Sequence record: SRR2962707_937
Length of the DNA stretch: 41,316 bases
Strand: one strand, 5' to 3'
The notes below the pieces were generated by a model that was given only the letters and a program-made list of their open reading frames with translations, had not been told where the DNA came from and did no database searches. Each line of letters begins with the position of its first letter. Positions within the stretch are counted from its first letter, which is position 1. Shown in pieces: positions 1 to 8,480 of this stretch. Both the position numbers and the translations under genes were made by a program.

Positions 1-492
1 AAGGTTGGACAGCGGTTCGTCGAACAGGAATACCTCGGGGCCGCGCACGATGGCGCGCCCAATTGACACGCGCTGACGCTGGCCACCCGACAACGCCGCC
101 GGTTTGCGTTTGAGGTAGGGATCAAGTTTCAGAATGCGGCTTGCCTCGGCCACTTTTTCGCGGATCTCGGCCTTGGGGTGGCGATTCATCTTGAGCCCGA
201 AGCCCATGTTTTCCTCGACCGTCATGTGGGGGTAGAGCGCATAGGTTTGGAAAACCATCGCCACGCCGCGTTCCGCCGGGTCGAGCCGGGTGACATCGCG
301 GTCGCCGATACAGATGGCGCCGGCGCTGGTATCCTCTAGCCCCGCGACCATGCGCAGCAGCGTGGACTTGCCACAGCCCGACGGCCCGACAAAGACGCAG
401 AATTCGCCGTGGTCTATCGATAGATCCAGACCGTGGATCACTTCGACTTCGCCATAGCGCTTGGTCGCGCCGGTAAGTGTCACTTGGGACAT
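1..492 (-). CDS. Sugar ABC transporter ATP-binding protein (MalK/UgpC family), 5' part; runs off the left edge
   Basis: Not in the ORF track; translated by hand from ATG at 492: [21 protein letters not shown]...[18 protein letters not shown]...[13 protein letters not shown]...[31 protein letters not shown] (Walker A, Q-loop, signature, Walker B). GGAGG RBS upstream. Confidence 0.95.
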   Translation of the reverse strand, partial: MSQVTLTGATKRYGEVEVIHGLDLSIDHGEFCVFVGPSGCGKSTLLRMVAGLEDTSAGAICIGDRDVTRLDPAERGVAMVFQTYALYPHMTVEENMGFGLKMNRHPKAEIREKVAEASRILKLDPYLKRKPAALSGGQRQRVSIGRAIVRGPEVFLFDEPLSNL

Positions 493-495
493 GGG

Positions 496-1326
496 TCAGG
501 CTCCTCCCTGGGGTGTGGATTCGGGTTGCGGAAAGGCCCATGTTTCGGCCTCGTCCGCGATGGCGCGTGCGGTGGTGTGCAATTGCGGGGCCAGTTCGCC
601 CAGCTGGGCAATGTCGGTGCGCGCAGTCGTCGAGGTGACGGACAGCGCCCCCAAAAGGCGACCCCTGGCGGTAAGGATCGGCACGGCGATGCAGATGATG
701 CCAGGTTCATGTTCTTCGTTGTCAAAACCAAAGCCCCGGGCGCGGATCGCGTCCAGTTCGGGGCGCAGGCTGTCTGCGTCGCAAAAGGTGTGTTCGGTGA
801 ACCGGTGCCAGGACTGCTGTTGCAGCGCGTGATCCAGCTCTGCGGGCGGCAGATGCGCCAACATGACCTTGCCCACGCCAGTGCAATAGGCCGGGCCGAC
901 CTTGCCTGCCTGGCTGAACATCGCGACCGGCTGGCGGGCGTTGCGTTTGTCGACATAGAGCACCTGCGCGGCGTCAAACTGCGCCAGATGCACGGTTTCC
1001 CCGACCGATGCGCTGAGCCGGTCCAGATGGATGCGCGCAATGGGGGCAAGCGAGGATTGCGCCCAGGCGGCATGGGCAAGACGGACCAGCCGGATGCCGG
1101 GCACATAGGTGCCACGGTCCGGGTCAAAGGCCAGCATGCACTGATTGGTGAGCGTCTGGAGGAAGCGGTAGAGCGTCGCCTTGGGGTAGGGGGTGTCGGC
1201 CAGCAGTTCGGAAAACCGCACCGGCCGCCCGTAGGATGCCACGCTGTCCAGCACCTCAAGCGCCTTGCCGACCGTGCCGTCGCCCGCCGATGTGGCCGGT
1301 GTCGTTGTCCGATCGGTGTCTGCCAT
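496..1326 (-). CDS. IclR-family transcriptional regulator (probable repressor of the galactoside cluster)
   Basis: N-terminal HTH (GTVGKALEVLD...PKATLYRFLQTL) and IclR C-terminal motifs (GETVHLA, CTGVGK, EEHEPGIICIAVP). Start placed at ATG 1326 (MADTDRTT) rather than the track's 1374. Confidence 0.93.
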   Translation of the reverse strand: MADTDRTTTPATSAGDGTVGKALEVLDSVASYGRPVRFSELLADTPYPKATLYRFLQTLTNQCMLAFDPDRGTYVPGIRLVRLAHAAWAQSSLAPIARIHLDRLSASVGETVHLAQFDAAQVLYVDKRNARQPVAMFSQAGKVGPAYCTGVGKVMLAHLPPAELDHALQQQSWHRFTEHTFCDADSLRPELDAIRARGFGFDNEEHEPGIICIAVPILTARGRLLGALSVTSTTARTDIAQLGELAPQLHTTARAIADEAETWAFPQPESTPQGGA

Positions 1327-1396
1327 TCGCGTGATTCCCTGTCCCGTGCCTGTCAGGGACAGGGTTGTTGACAAGCATAGGCGAGTCGGGGTTTAG

Positions 1397-1433
1397 TTTT
1401 CAATATACAAAACAAGGTTTCATATAATGGAAC
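1397..1433. promoter_or_regulatory. Two tandem imperfect palindromes, putative IclR operators, overlapping a candidate sigma70 promoter for the ABC operon
   Basis: TTTTCA-ATATA-CAAAAC (1397-1413) and GTTTCA-TATAA-TGGAAC (1417-1433), 20 bp apart in the AT-rich divergent spacer. TTCAAT (1399-1404)-N18-TATAAT (1423-1428) overlaps them. Confidence 0.6.
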
Positions 1434-1479
1434 CTAGAGCACATCAGAACGACCATGGAAACTCTCGGGAGGAGACCCA

Positions 1480-2742
1480 ATGACGTCCATTTTCAGATCC
1501 GCGGCTGCCGCGCTGGCAGTCAGTTTTGCAACAGCGCCCATGGTTCATGCCGAGGCGCATGCCCTGTCCGGTGACCTTGTGATTTTTTCGGATATGTCCA
1601 ACCCTGCACCACGCGCGGTGATGGAGGGTATGGTGGAGCGTTTTGGCGCGATGCACCCCGAGTTGAACATCGAACTGACGGTGATCGACCGCGAGGCGTT
1701 CAAGACGCAGATCCGCAATTTTCTGACCGCCAACGCCCCGGATGTGACCAACTGGTACGCGGCCAACCGGATGCGCCCCTATGTGAACGCGGGCCTATTC
1801 GAGGATGTGTCGGACCTATGGGCAGAGCCTGCGATTGCAGACAACCTGCAATCGACCAAGGGCGCGATGACGCTGGATGGCAAGCAGTGGGGCGTGCCTT
1901 ACACCTATTACCAGTGGGGCGTATATTACCGCAAAGATATCTATGACCAGTATGGGCTGAGCGAGCCTACGACCTGGGAAGAGGAAAAGGCCAACTGTCA
2001 GGTGCTGCTGGACAACGGGGTCAAGTGCTACACCATCGGGACCAAGTTTCTGTGGACTGCAGGCGGCTGGTTTGATTACCTTAACATGCGCACCAACGGC
2101 TATGATTTCCATGCGGCGCTGACCAATGGCGAAGAAAGCTGGACCTCGGACGAGGTGCGGGCGACCTTTGCCAATTGGCGCGAGCTGATCGACATGGGGG
2201 CGTTCGTCGACAACCACCAATCGTATTCCTGGCAAGAGGCGCTGCCCTTTATGGTGAACGGCGATGCGGCTGCATACCTCATGGGGAATTTCGCCGTGGC
2301 GCCGCTGCGCGAGGGCGGGCTGGATGATGACAAGCTGGATTTCTATCAGTTTCCGGCAATCAACCCGGATGTTGAGTTGGCCGAGGATGCGCCGACCGAT
2401 ACATTCCACATCCCCGCCAATGCCAAGAACAAGGATGCCGCCCGAGAATTCCTGCGCTTTGTTGTGTCGACCGATAATCAGACACTGATCAATGCGGGCG
2501 ACGCACTGGGACAACTGCCGGTGAACGCCGCGTCCTCGGTCGATGCGGACAAGTTCCTGCAACAGGGGTTCGAGATGCTGTCGTCCAACAGCCCCGGCGG
2601 TGTGGCGCAGTTCTTTGACCGCGACGCACCGGCCGAAATGGCCGCAGCGGCGATGGAGGGTTTCCAGGAATTCATGGTGATCCCCGACAACCTTGACGAC
2701 ATCCTGCAACGGCTCGAATCCGCGCGGTCGAGCATTTACTGA
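1480..2742 (+). CDS. Carbohydrate ABC transporter substrate-binding protein (CUT1)
   Basis: Sec signal peptide, strong GGGAGGAG RBS, 420 aa, family-1 SBP features (GKQWGVPY...YYRKDIY, GDAAAYLMG); followed by two permeases. Confidence 0.93.
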   Translation: MTSIFRSAAAALAVSFATAPMVHAEAHALSGDLVIFSDMSNPAPRAVMEGMVERFGAMHPELNIELTVIDREAFKTQIRNFLTANAPDVTNWYAANRMRPYVNAGLFEDVSDLWAEPAIADNLQSTKGAMTLDGKQWGVPYTYYQWGVYYRKDIYDQYGLSEPTTWEEEKANCQVLLDNGVKCYTIGTKFLWTAGGWFDYLNMRTNGYDFHAALTNGEESWTSDEVRATFANWRELIDMGAFVDNHQSYSWQEALPFMVNGDAAAYLMGNFAVAPLREGGLDDDKLDFYQFPAINPDVELAEDAPTDTFHIPANAKNKDAAREFLRFVVSTDNQTLINAGDALGQLPVNAASSVDADKFLQQGFEMLSSNSPGGVAQFFDRDAPAEMAAAAMEGFQEFMVIPDNLDDILQRLESARSSIY

Positions 2743-2751
2743 ACGCCGGGG

Positions 2752-2812
2752 GGCGGGGTGATCCCCGCCGTCTGACCGCCTGCGGCGGCGTGGGGGGCAT
2801 CCCCCGCGTCGC
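2752..2812 (+). other. Two GC-rich hairpins after the SBP gene (probable mRNA stabiliser or attenuator)
   Basis: GGCGGGG-TGAT-CCCCGCC (2752-2769) and GCGGCGTGGGGG-GCAT-CCCCCGCGTCGC (2785-2812, with G-U pairs). No U-tract; this position is typical in ABC operons. Confidence 0.6.
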
Positions 2813-2842
2813 GGCCCAACAGACCGCCACGGGATCTGACCG

Positions 2843-3760
2843 ATGACCCAAGTCGCCCCCACTGCCACCCCGGACAGGCACCCGCGCAGGCGTAATGCCC
2901 AGGCCATCGCGCCTTGGCTTTTCCTTGCGCCGGGGTTGCTGTTCTTTCTGTTTTACGTGATCTTTCCGGTGTTTCAGAGCTTTAACCTGTCGTTGTACAA
3001 ATGGGACGGGTTGGGCACGGCGGAATTTGTCGGGCTGAAGAATTACCGCGATCTGGGCAGCGACCGCGCCTTTGAGGTATCGTTGTGGAACAATCTGAAA
3101 TGGCTGGTGCTGTATCTGCTGGCGATCCCGGGGGGGCTGTTCATAGCACTGTTCCTGAACCAGACGGTGCGGGGGATACGGCTATACAAATCGCTGTTCT
3201 TTTTCCCCTTTGTGATCAGTCAGGTTGTGGTGGGGCTGGTGTTCAGCTGGTTTTACGACCCCACCTTTGGGCTGTTAAATGTAATGCTGGGGTGGGTCGG
3301 GCTGGGCCCGATCAACGTGCTGGGTGACCCGACGCTGGTCACCTATGGCATCATCGTTGCGGGCCTTTGGCCACAGACAGCCTATTGCATGATCCTTTAC
3401 CTGACCGGGTTGAACGCGGTTGATCCCGAACAGGTCGAAGCCGCCCGACTGGACGGGGCCAAGGGATGGCGGATGTTGTGGTACGTGATCCTGCCGCAGC
3501 TGCGCCCGGCGACCTTTATCGCCTTTGTGGTGACGATCATCGGCGCGCTGCGGTCCTTTGATCTGATTTCGATCATGACCAATGGTGGGCCATTCGGGTC
3601 AAGCCGGGTGCTGTCGTTTTACATGTTTGAAAAGGCGCTGTCGGAATACGGGTTCCGCATGGGATATGGCGCGGCGATTGCAGTGGTTCTGTTCCTGATC
3701 ATGCTGATCTTTATCGCCTACTTCCTGTGGTCGATGTACCGCGAAGAGAGGCCCCGGTGA
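2843..3760 (+). CDS. Sugar ABC transporter permease (MalF-like)
   Basis: Hydrophobic helices, EAA motif (EAARLDGAKGW), PQLRP...LRSFDL. Confidence 0.95.
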   Translation: MTQVAPTATPDRHPRRRNAQAIAPWLFLAPGLLFFLFYVIFPVFQSFNLSLYKWDGLGTAEFVGLKNYRDLGSDRAFEVSLWNNLKWLVLYLLAIPGGLFIALFLNQTVRGIRLYKSLFFFPFVISQVVVGLVFSWFYDPTFGLLNVMLGWVGLGPINVLGDPTLVTYGIIVAGLWPQTAYCMILYLTGLNAVDPEQVEAARLDGAKGWRMLWYVILPQLRPATFIAFVVTIIGALRSFDLISIMTNGGPFGSSRVLSFYMFEKALSEYGFRMGYGAAIAVVLFLIMLIFIAYFLWSMYREERPR

Positions 3761-3847
3761 CCCTGCTGCATCTGTGCCTGTCCGGTGTTTCGTCGCCGCC
3801 GCAATACGCAAAACCGAAACCGTGTCGATTGATGAGAGGGCCGAGAG

Positions 3848-4696
3848 ATGTTTCCGACGCCGATTGAAAAGTCTTCGCGGGCCATGCAGTTGGGGTATCA
3901 GGGGCTGCTGCCTGTGGCGCTGATTGCCTGGCTGTTGCCGCTGATCGCGGTGGCGGTGTTTTCCATCAAGCCGGATGTGGATTTCACCACCGGCAACTAT
4001 TGGGGCATCCCGACGCGCTTTGCCGGGTTCGAAAACTACGGCAAGGTATTTTTTGAAAGCGACATGCCGCGGTATCTGATGAATTCGGTGTTGATCACGG
4101 TGCCGACGGTGATCGGGGCGGTGGCGCTGTCGTGCATGACGGGCTTTGCTCTGGGGATCTATCGGTTTCGTAGCAACATCTGGATATTCTTCATGTTTGT
4201 GGCGGGCAATTTCGTACCCTTCCAGATCCTGATGGTGCCGGTGCGGGATCTGACGCTGGGGCTGGGGTTGTATAATACCAAGCTGGGATTGGTGTTATTC
4301 CATGTCGCCTTTCAGACCGGGTTCTGCACGCTGTTCATGCGCAATTTTATCCGCGCACTGCCGTTTGAGCTGATCGAGGCGGCGCGTGTCGAGGGGGTCG
4401 CGGAATGGCGGATATTCTGGTTTGTGGTGCTGCCGCTGATGAAGCCCGCCATTGCGGCGCTGGCGGTGCTGATCTTTACCTTTATCTGGAACGATTATTT
4501 CTGGGCCGTTGTCCTGACGCAGGGGGCGGAATCGCAGCCGGTGACGGCCGGGATCACATCGTTCAACGCGCAGTACCGGGCGGCCTATCATCTGATGTCG
4601 GCGGGCAGCATTGTGGCCGCGCTTCCGCCTGTGGCGATGTTCTTTCTGATGCAGAAACATTTCATTGCCGGTCTGACGCTGGGCGCGGTCAAGTGA
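3848..4696 (+). CDS. Sugar ABC transporter permease (MalG-like)
   Basis: EAA motif (ELIEAARVEG), WNDYFW, C-terminal QKHFIAGLTLGAVK. Confidence 0.95.
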   Translation: MFPTPIEKSSRAMQLGYQGLLPVALIAWLLPLIAVAVFSIKPDVDFTTGNYWGIPTRFAGFENYGKVFFESDMPRYLMNSVLITVPTVIGAVALSCMTGFALGIYRFRSNIWIFFMFVAGNFVPFQILMVPVRDLTLGLGLYNTKLGLVLFHVAFQTGFCTLFMRNFIRALPFELIEAARVEGVAEWRIFWFVVLPLMKPAIAALAVLIFTFIWNDYFWAVVLTQGAESQPVTAGITSFNAQYRAAYHLMSAGSIVAALPPVAMFFLMQKHFIAGLTLGAVK

Positions 4697-6774
4697 TGCA
4701 GGTCTGGCGGTTGGACGCTGGGCGTCAGACACTGGTGATCTGCGCCCGCGCGGGCGAAATGGCCGAGGCGGTTTATTGGGGGCCCGCGCTGCCCGGGGAT
4801 GAGGATCTGGAGGCGCTGGCCGCGATGGCGGTGCGTGACGTGACCGGCGGCATGATCGACGCCCTGCCACCGCTAAGCCTGTGCCCAGAGGCGGGGCGCA
4901 GTTTTCCGGGGCAGCCGGGGGTGGTGGTGCGCAGTGCAGAGGGTGCGTTGCTGTCCACGCGGCTGGTTTTTGATCGCATTGAGGTTTCGGGCGGGCGACT
5001 GACGATTTGGCACCGGGATGGGGTGCTGGGGCTGCGCCACGGCGCGCATTTCGACGCTTGCAGCGACACCCATGTGATCCGGGCCTGGGCCGAGCTGGCG
5101 TCGGATGAGGAGGTGCGGCTGGATTGGCTGGCGGCCCCGGTCCTGCCCGCGCCGCAGGACGGCGGGATGGTGGATGTTTCGGGGCGATGGATCGGGGAAT
5201 TCCGGCTGAACACGGTGGATTGGCGGCCCGGCGTGCATCTGCGCGAAAGCCGTCTGGGCCGCACGGATCACGCGCATTTTCCGGGGCTTCTGCTGACCGG
5301 GGCGGGGGCCACGAACACGGGCGGTACGGTGCATGGGCTGCACTATGGCTGGTCTGGTGGGCACCGGATGATTGCCGAGGAATTGCCAGACGGGCGGCGG
5401 CTGGTGCAGTTCGGTCATGCGCAGGGCACAGAGGGTGAACCGGCGCAGAGGTTTGAAACCGGGGTGCTTTACCTGACCGTATCGGACAGCGGATTGAACG
5501 GTGTGGGCACAGCGTTTCAGCGGCATCTGCGTGACCGCGTGGTGACATGGCCGCAGGCCGACGCGCCGCGCCGTGTGCATTACAACTGTTGGGAAGCAGT
5601 GTATTTCGACCACGATCTTGACACGCTGAAGGAGATTGCCAGCCGCGCCGCCGATCTGGGGGCGGAACGGTTCGTGCTGGATGACGGCTGGTTCGGGCTG
5701 CGCGATGATGACACGACCAGTCTGGGCGACTGGGAGATAGATCCGCGCAAATGGCCGGACGGATTTGCGCCATTCATCGCGCATCTGACCACGCTTGGCA
5801 TGACATTTGGCCTGTGGTTCGAACCTGAAATGGTGAACCTGCAAAGCGATCTGGCGCGCGCGCATCCCGATTGGGTCCTTGGGCCCGGTGATCAGATTGA
5901 GGGGCGGCAACAGCGGGTGCTGGACATGTCCCGCGCCGAAGTGCGCGACCATCTCTATGGTCGCATCGCGGCACTGCTGGGGCGCTATCCCATCGACTAT
6001 ATCAAGTGGGATCATAACCGCGTGCTGCCGATGCCGGATGCCCGGCAGGCGCGCGGGACCTATGCCTTGATGGACCGGCTGCGCGCTGATTTCCCAGGGG
6101 TCGAGATTGAAAGCTGCGCATCGGGCGGCGGGCGGATTGATTTTGGCGTGATGGAGCGGTGTTCGCGCGTCTGGTTGTCTGACAGCAACGATGCGCTGGA
6201 ACGGGCGCGCATCCAGCATGACGCGGCGCTGTTCCTGCCGACTGCCGTCACAGGCAGCCATGTGGGTCCGCGCACCTGCCATACCTCGGGGCGGGTGGTC
6301 GACATACGGTTCCGCGCCTGGGTCGCGGCGCAGCGGCAAATGGGGTTCGAAATGGACCCCCGCGAATTGACGCTCGAAGAGGCGGATGTGCTGCGGCAGG
6401 TCACGCAGTGGTGGAAAGACAACCGCGACTGGCGGATGGTGGCGGATATTCTGCGGCTTGATTCCGCCGACGCGGCGGTCCTGGCCGAGATGCAGCTGGC
6501 GCGGGACGGGGGGCGGTTCGTGGTCTTTGCCGCGCAGATGGCAGCATCGGATCAGACAGTGCCGCGCCCCGTACGGCTCACCGGGTTGGACAGCAGCGCC
6601 CGCTATGGCATCACGCTGCTGAACCGAAGCGAGGCGGTCGGGCTGTCCCGGGGTGCGCCGCTGCTCAAATCCGGGGATGTCACACTTTCTGGTGCGTACC
6701 TCATGCAGCACGGGCTGACCCTGCCGTGGTGTTTTCCGCAAACCATGTGGGTGATTGAAGGCAAAAGAGCATGA
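4696..6774 (+). CDS. Alpha-galactosidase, glycoside hydrolase family 36
   Basis: GH36 motifs YNCWEAVYF, LDDGW, FGLWFEPEM, YIKWDHNR (nucleophile Asp), CASGGGR, WLSD. True start is probably ATG 4696 (TGATG overlap with the permease stop), not 4405. Confidence 0.95.
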   Translation: MQVWRLDAGRQTLVICARAGEMAEAVYWGPALPGDEDLEALAAMAVRDVTGGMIDALPPLSLCPEAGRSFPGQPGVVVRSAEGALLSTRLVFDRIEVSGGRLTIWHRDGVLGLRHGAHFDACSDTHVIRAWAELASDEEVRLDWLAAPVLPAPQDGGMVDVSGRWIGEFRLNTVDWRPGVHLRESRLGRTDHAHFPGLLLTGAGATNTGGTVHGLHYGWSGGHRMIAEELPDGRRLVQFGHAQGTEGEPAQRFETGVLYLTVSDSGLNGVGTAFQRHLRDRVVTWPQADAPRRVHYNCWEAVYFDHDLDTLKEIASRAADLGAERFVLDDGWFGLRDDDTTSLGDWEIDPRKWPDGFAPFIAHLTTLGMTFGLWFEPEMVNLQSDLARAHPDWVLGPGDQIEGRQQRVLDMSRAEVRDHLYGRIAALLGRYPIDYIKWDHNRVLPMPDARQARGTYALMDRLRADFPGVEIESCASGGGRIDFGVMERCSRVWLSDSNDALERARIQHDAALFLPTAVTGSHVGPRTCHTSGRVVDIRFRAWVAAQRQMGFEMDPRELTLEEADVLRQVTQWWKDNRDWRMVADILRLDSADAAVLAEMQLARDGGRFVVFAAQMAASDQTVPRPVRLTGLDSSARYGITLLNRSEAVGLSRGAPLLKSGDVTLSGAYLMQHGLTLPWCFPQTMWVIEGKRA

Positions 6775-8480
6775 CAAAGAAACGGCGCAGCGCCAACTGG
6801 TATGGCAAGCTGGACAAAGATGGGTTCATTCACCGCAGCTGGATGAAGAACCAGGGCTTTCCCGATCACGCCTTTGACGGGCGGCCGATCATTGGGATCT
6901 GCAACACATGGTCGGAACTGACGCCCTGTAATTCGGGCCTGCGGGACCTGGCCGAAGGGGTCAAGCGCGGCGTCTGGGAGGCGGGCGGTTTCCCGGTGGA
7001 ATTCCCGGTGATGTCGCTGGGCGAGACGCAGATGAAGCCGACGGCGATGCTGTTTCGCAACCTGCTGGCGATGGATGTTGAAGAAAGTATTCGCGCCTAT
7101 GGCATTGACGGTGTGGTGTTGCTGGGCGGCTGTGACAAGACCACGCCGGGGCAGCTGATGGGGGCGGCGTCGGTTGACCTGCCCGCCATTGTCGTCAGCT
7201 CGGGGCCGATGCTGAACGGCAAATGGCAGGGCCGCGACATCGGGTCGGGTACGGATGTCTGGAAGTTTTCCGAGGCCGTGCGCGCGGGCGAGATGACGTT
7301 GGCGGATTTCATGGCGGCGGAATCCGGCATGTCGCGGTCCAAGGGCGTGTGCATGACCATGGGCACGGCGTCGACCATGGCGTCGCTGGTCGAGGCGATG
7401 GGCATGTCCCTGCCGACCAACGCCGCCCTACCGGCGGTGGATTCGCGGCGCATGGCGCTGGCGCATCTGACCGGCAAGCGGATCGTGGAAATGGTGGACG
7501 AGGATCTGAAACCGTCGGACATCCTGACCAAGGCGGCGTTTGAAAACGCGATCCTGGCCAATGCTGCTGTTGGCGGGTCGACCAATGCGGTGGTGCATCT
7601 GCTGGCGCTTGCGGGGCGTGTGGGTGTCGATCTGAGCCTGAAGGATTTCGAGATTGGATCAGAGGTGCCGCTGCTGGTGAACTGCATGCCGTCGGGAAAA
7701 TATCTGATGGAGGATTTTTGTTACGCCGGCGGGATGCCGGTCGTGCTGAGCGATCTAGCCCATCTGCTGCGGCGCGCGCGCACGGTTCTTGGCGGGGATA
7801 TTGCCGCCTACCACGACGGGGCTGAGTGTTATAATCGTGACGTGATCTGGGCCTTTGACGCGCCGCTGAAACCGGCGGCGGGGTTGCGGGTGTTGCGCGG
7901 CAACCTTGCCCCCGACGGCGCGATCGTGAAACCGTCGGCGGCGACGGATGCGCTGCTCGAGCATGAGGCCGAGGCCTATGTGTTCGAGAATATCGAGGAT
8001 CTGAAGGCCAATATGGACCGTCCCGATCTGCCGGTGACACCCGACACTATTCTGGTGCTCAAGGGCTGCGGGCCAAAGGGGTATCCGGGCATGCCCGAGG
8101 TCGGCAATATGCCGATCCCGCGCGTTTTGGTCGAACAGGGCGTGCGCGATATGGTGCGGATTTCGGATGCGCGCATGTCGGGCACGGCGTTCGGTACGGT
8201 GATTTTGCATGTGGCGCCTGAGGCGCAGGCCGGGGGCACGCTGGCATTGGTCAAGACTGGGGACCGCATTCGCATCAGCGCGGCAAACGGCACGCTGGAC
8301 CTGCTGGTGGATGAGGCGGAGTTGGCCACGCGGCGCGCGGGCTGGGAACCGGACCCGGCGCATTACACCCGCGGATATGCCAAGCTGTATATCGACACGG
8401 TGTTGCAGGCCGATAAGGGCGCGGATCTGGATTTTCTGGTGGGCAAGGATACCCGCCTTGTCACGCGGGAGAGTCACTGA
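6771..8480 (+). CDS. IlvD/Edd-family [2Fe-2S] sugar-acid dehydratase (probable galactonate dehydratase)
   Basis: PCN, GCDKTT, CMTMGTASTM, GGSTN, GPKGYPGMPE, SDARMSGT motifs; substrate inferred from dgoK/dgoA context. Confidence 0.88.
   Translation: MTKKRRSANWYGKLDKDGFIHRSWMKNQGFPDHAFDGRPIIGICNTWSELTPCNSGLRDLAEGVKRGVWEAGGFPVEFPVMSLGETQMKPTAMLFRNLLAMDVEESIRAYGIDGVVLLGGCDKTTPGQLMGAASVDLPAIVVSSGPMLNGKWQGRDIGSGTDVWKFSEAVRAGEMTLADFMAAESGMSRSKGVCMTMGTASTMASLVEAMGMSLPTNAALPAVDSRRMALAHLTGKRIVEMVDEDLKPSDILTKAAFENAILANAAVGGSTNAVVHLLALAGRVGVDLSLKDFEIGSEVPLLVNCMPSGKYLMEDFCYAGGMPVVLSDLAHLLRRARTVLGGDIAAYHDGAECYNRDVIWAFDAPLKPAAGLRVLRGNLAPDGAIVKPSAATDALLEHEAEAYVFENIEDLKANMDRPDLPVTPDTILVLKGCGPKGYPGMPEVGNMPIPRVLVEQGVRDMVRISDARMSGTAFGTVILHVAPEAQAGGTLALVKTGDRIRISAANGTLDLLVDEAELATRRAGWEPDPAHYTRGYAKLYIDTVLQADKGADLDFLVGKDTRLVTRESH

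Noticed and set aside
1368-1373. Perfect TTGACA hexamers at 1368 (+), 34343-34338 (-) and 40504 (+)
   Set aside because: The best -10-like hexamers lie 20-22 bp away rather than 16-18 bp, so I do not call them sigma70 promoters without TSS data.
4405-4695. N-terminal extensions in the ORF track (starts at 4405, 11551, 16742, 17632, 19103, 20982, 29376, 30758, 40474)
   Set aside because: They run into neighbouring genes, the riboswitch platform or operator DNA. Downstream starts with an RBS or stop/start overlap fit the family N-termini better.
4873-6777. 634-aa antisense ORF, and similar long antisense ORFs (433-1371, 1816-2907, 4295-5773, 11794-12951, 27829-28899, 31967-33022, 39254-40336)
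   Set aside because: They lie opposite well-supported genes, have no recognisable motifs, and are the expected shadow ORFs of GC-rich codon usage.
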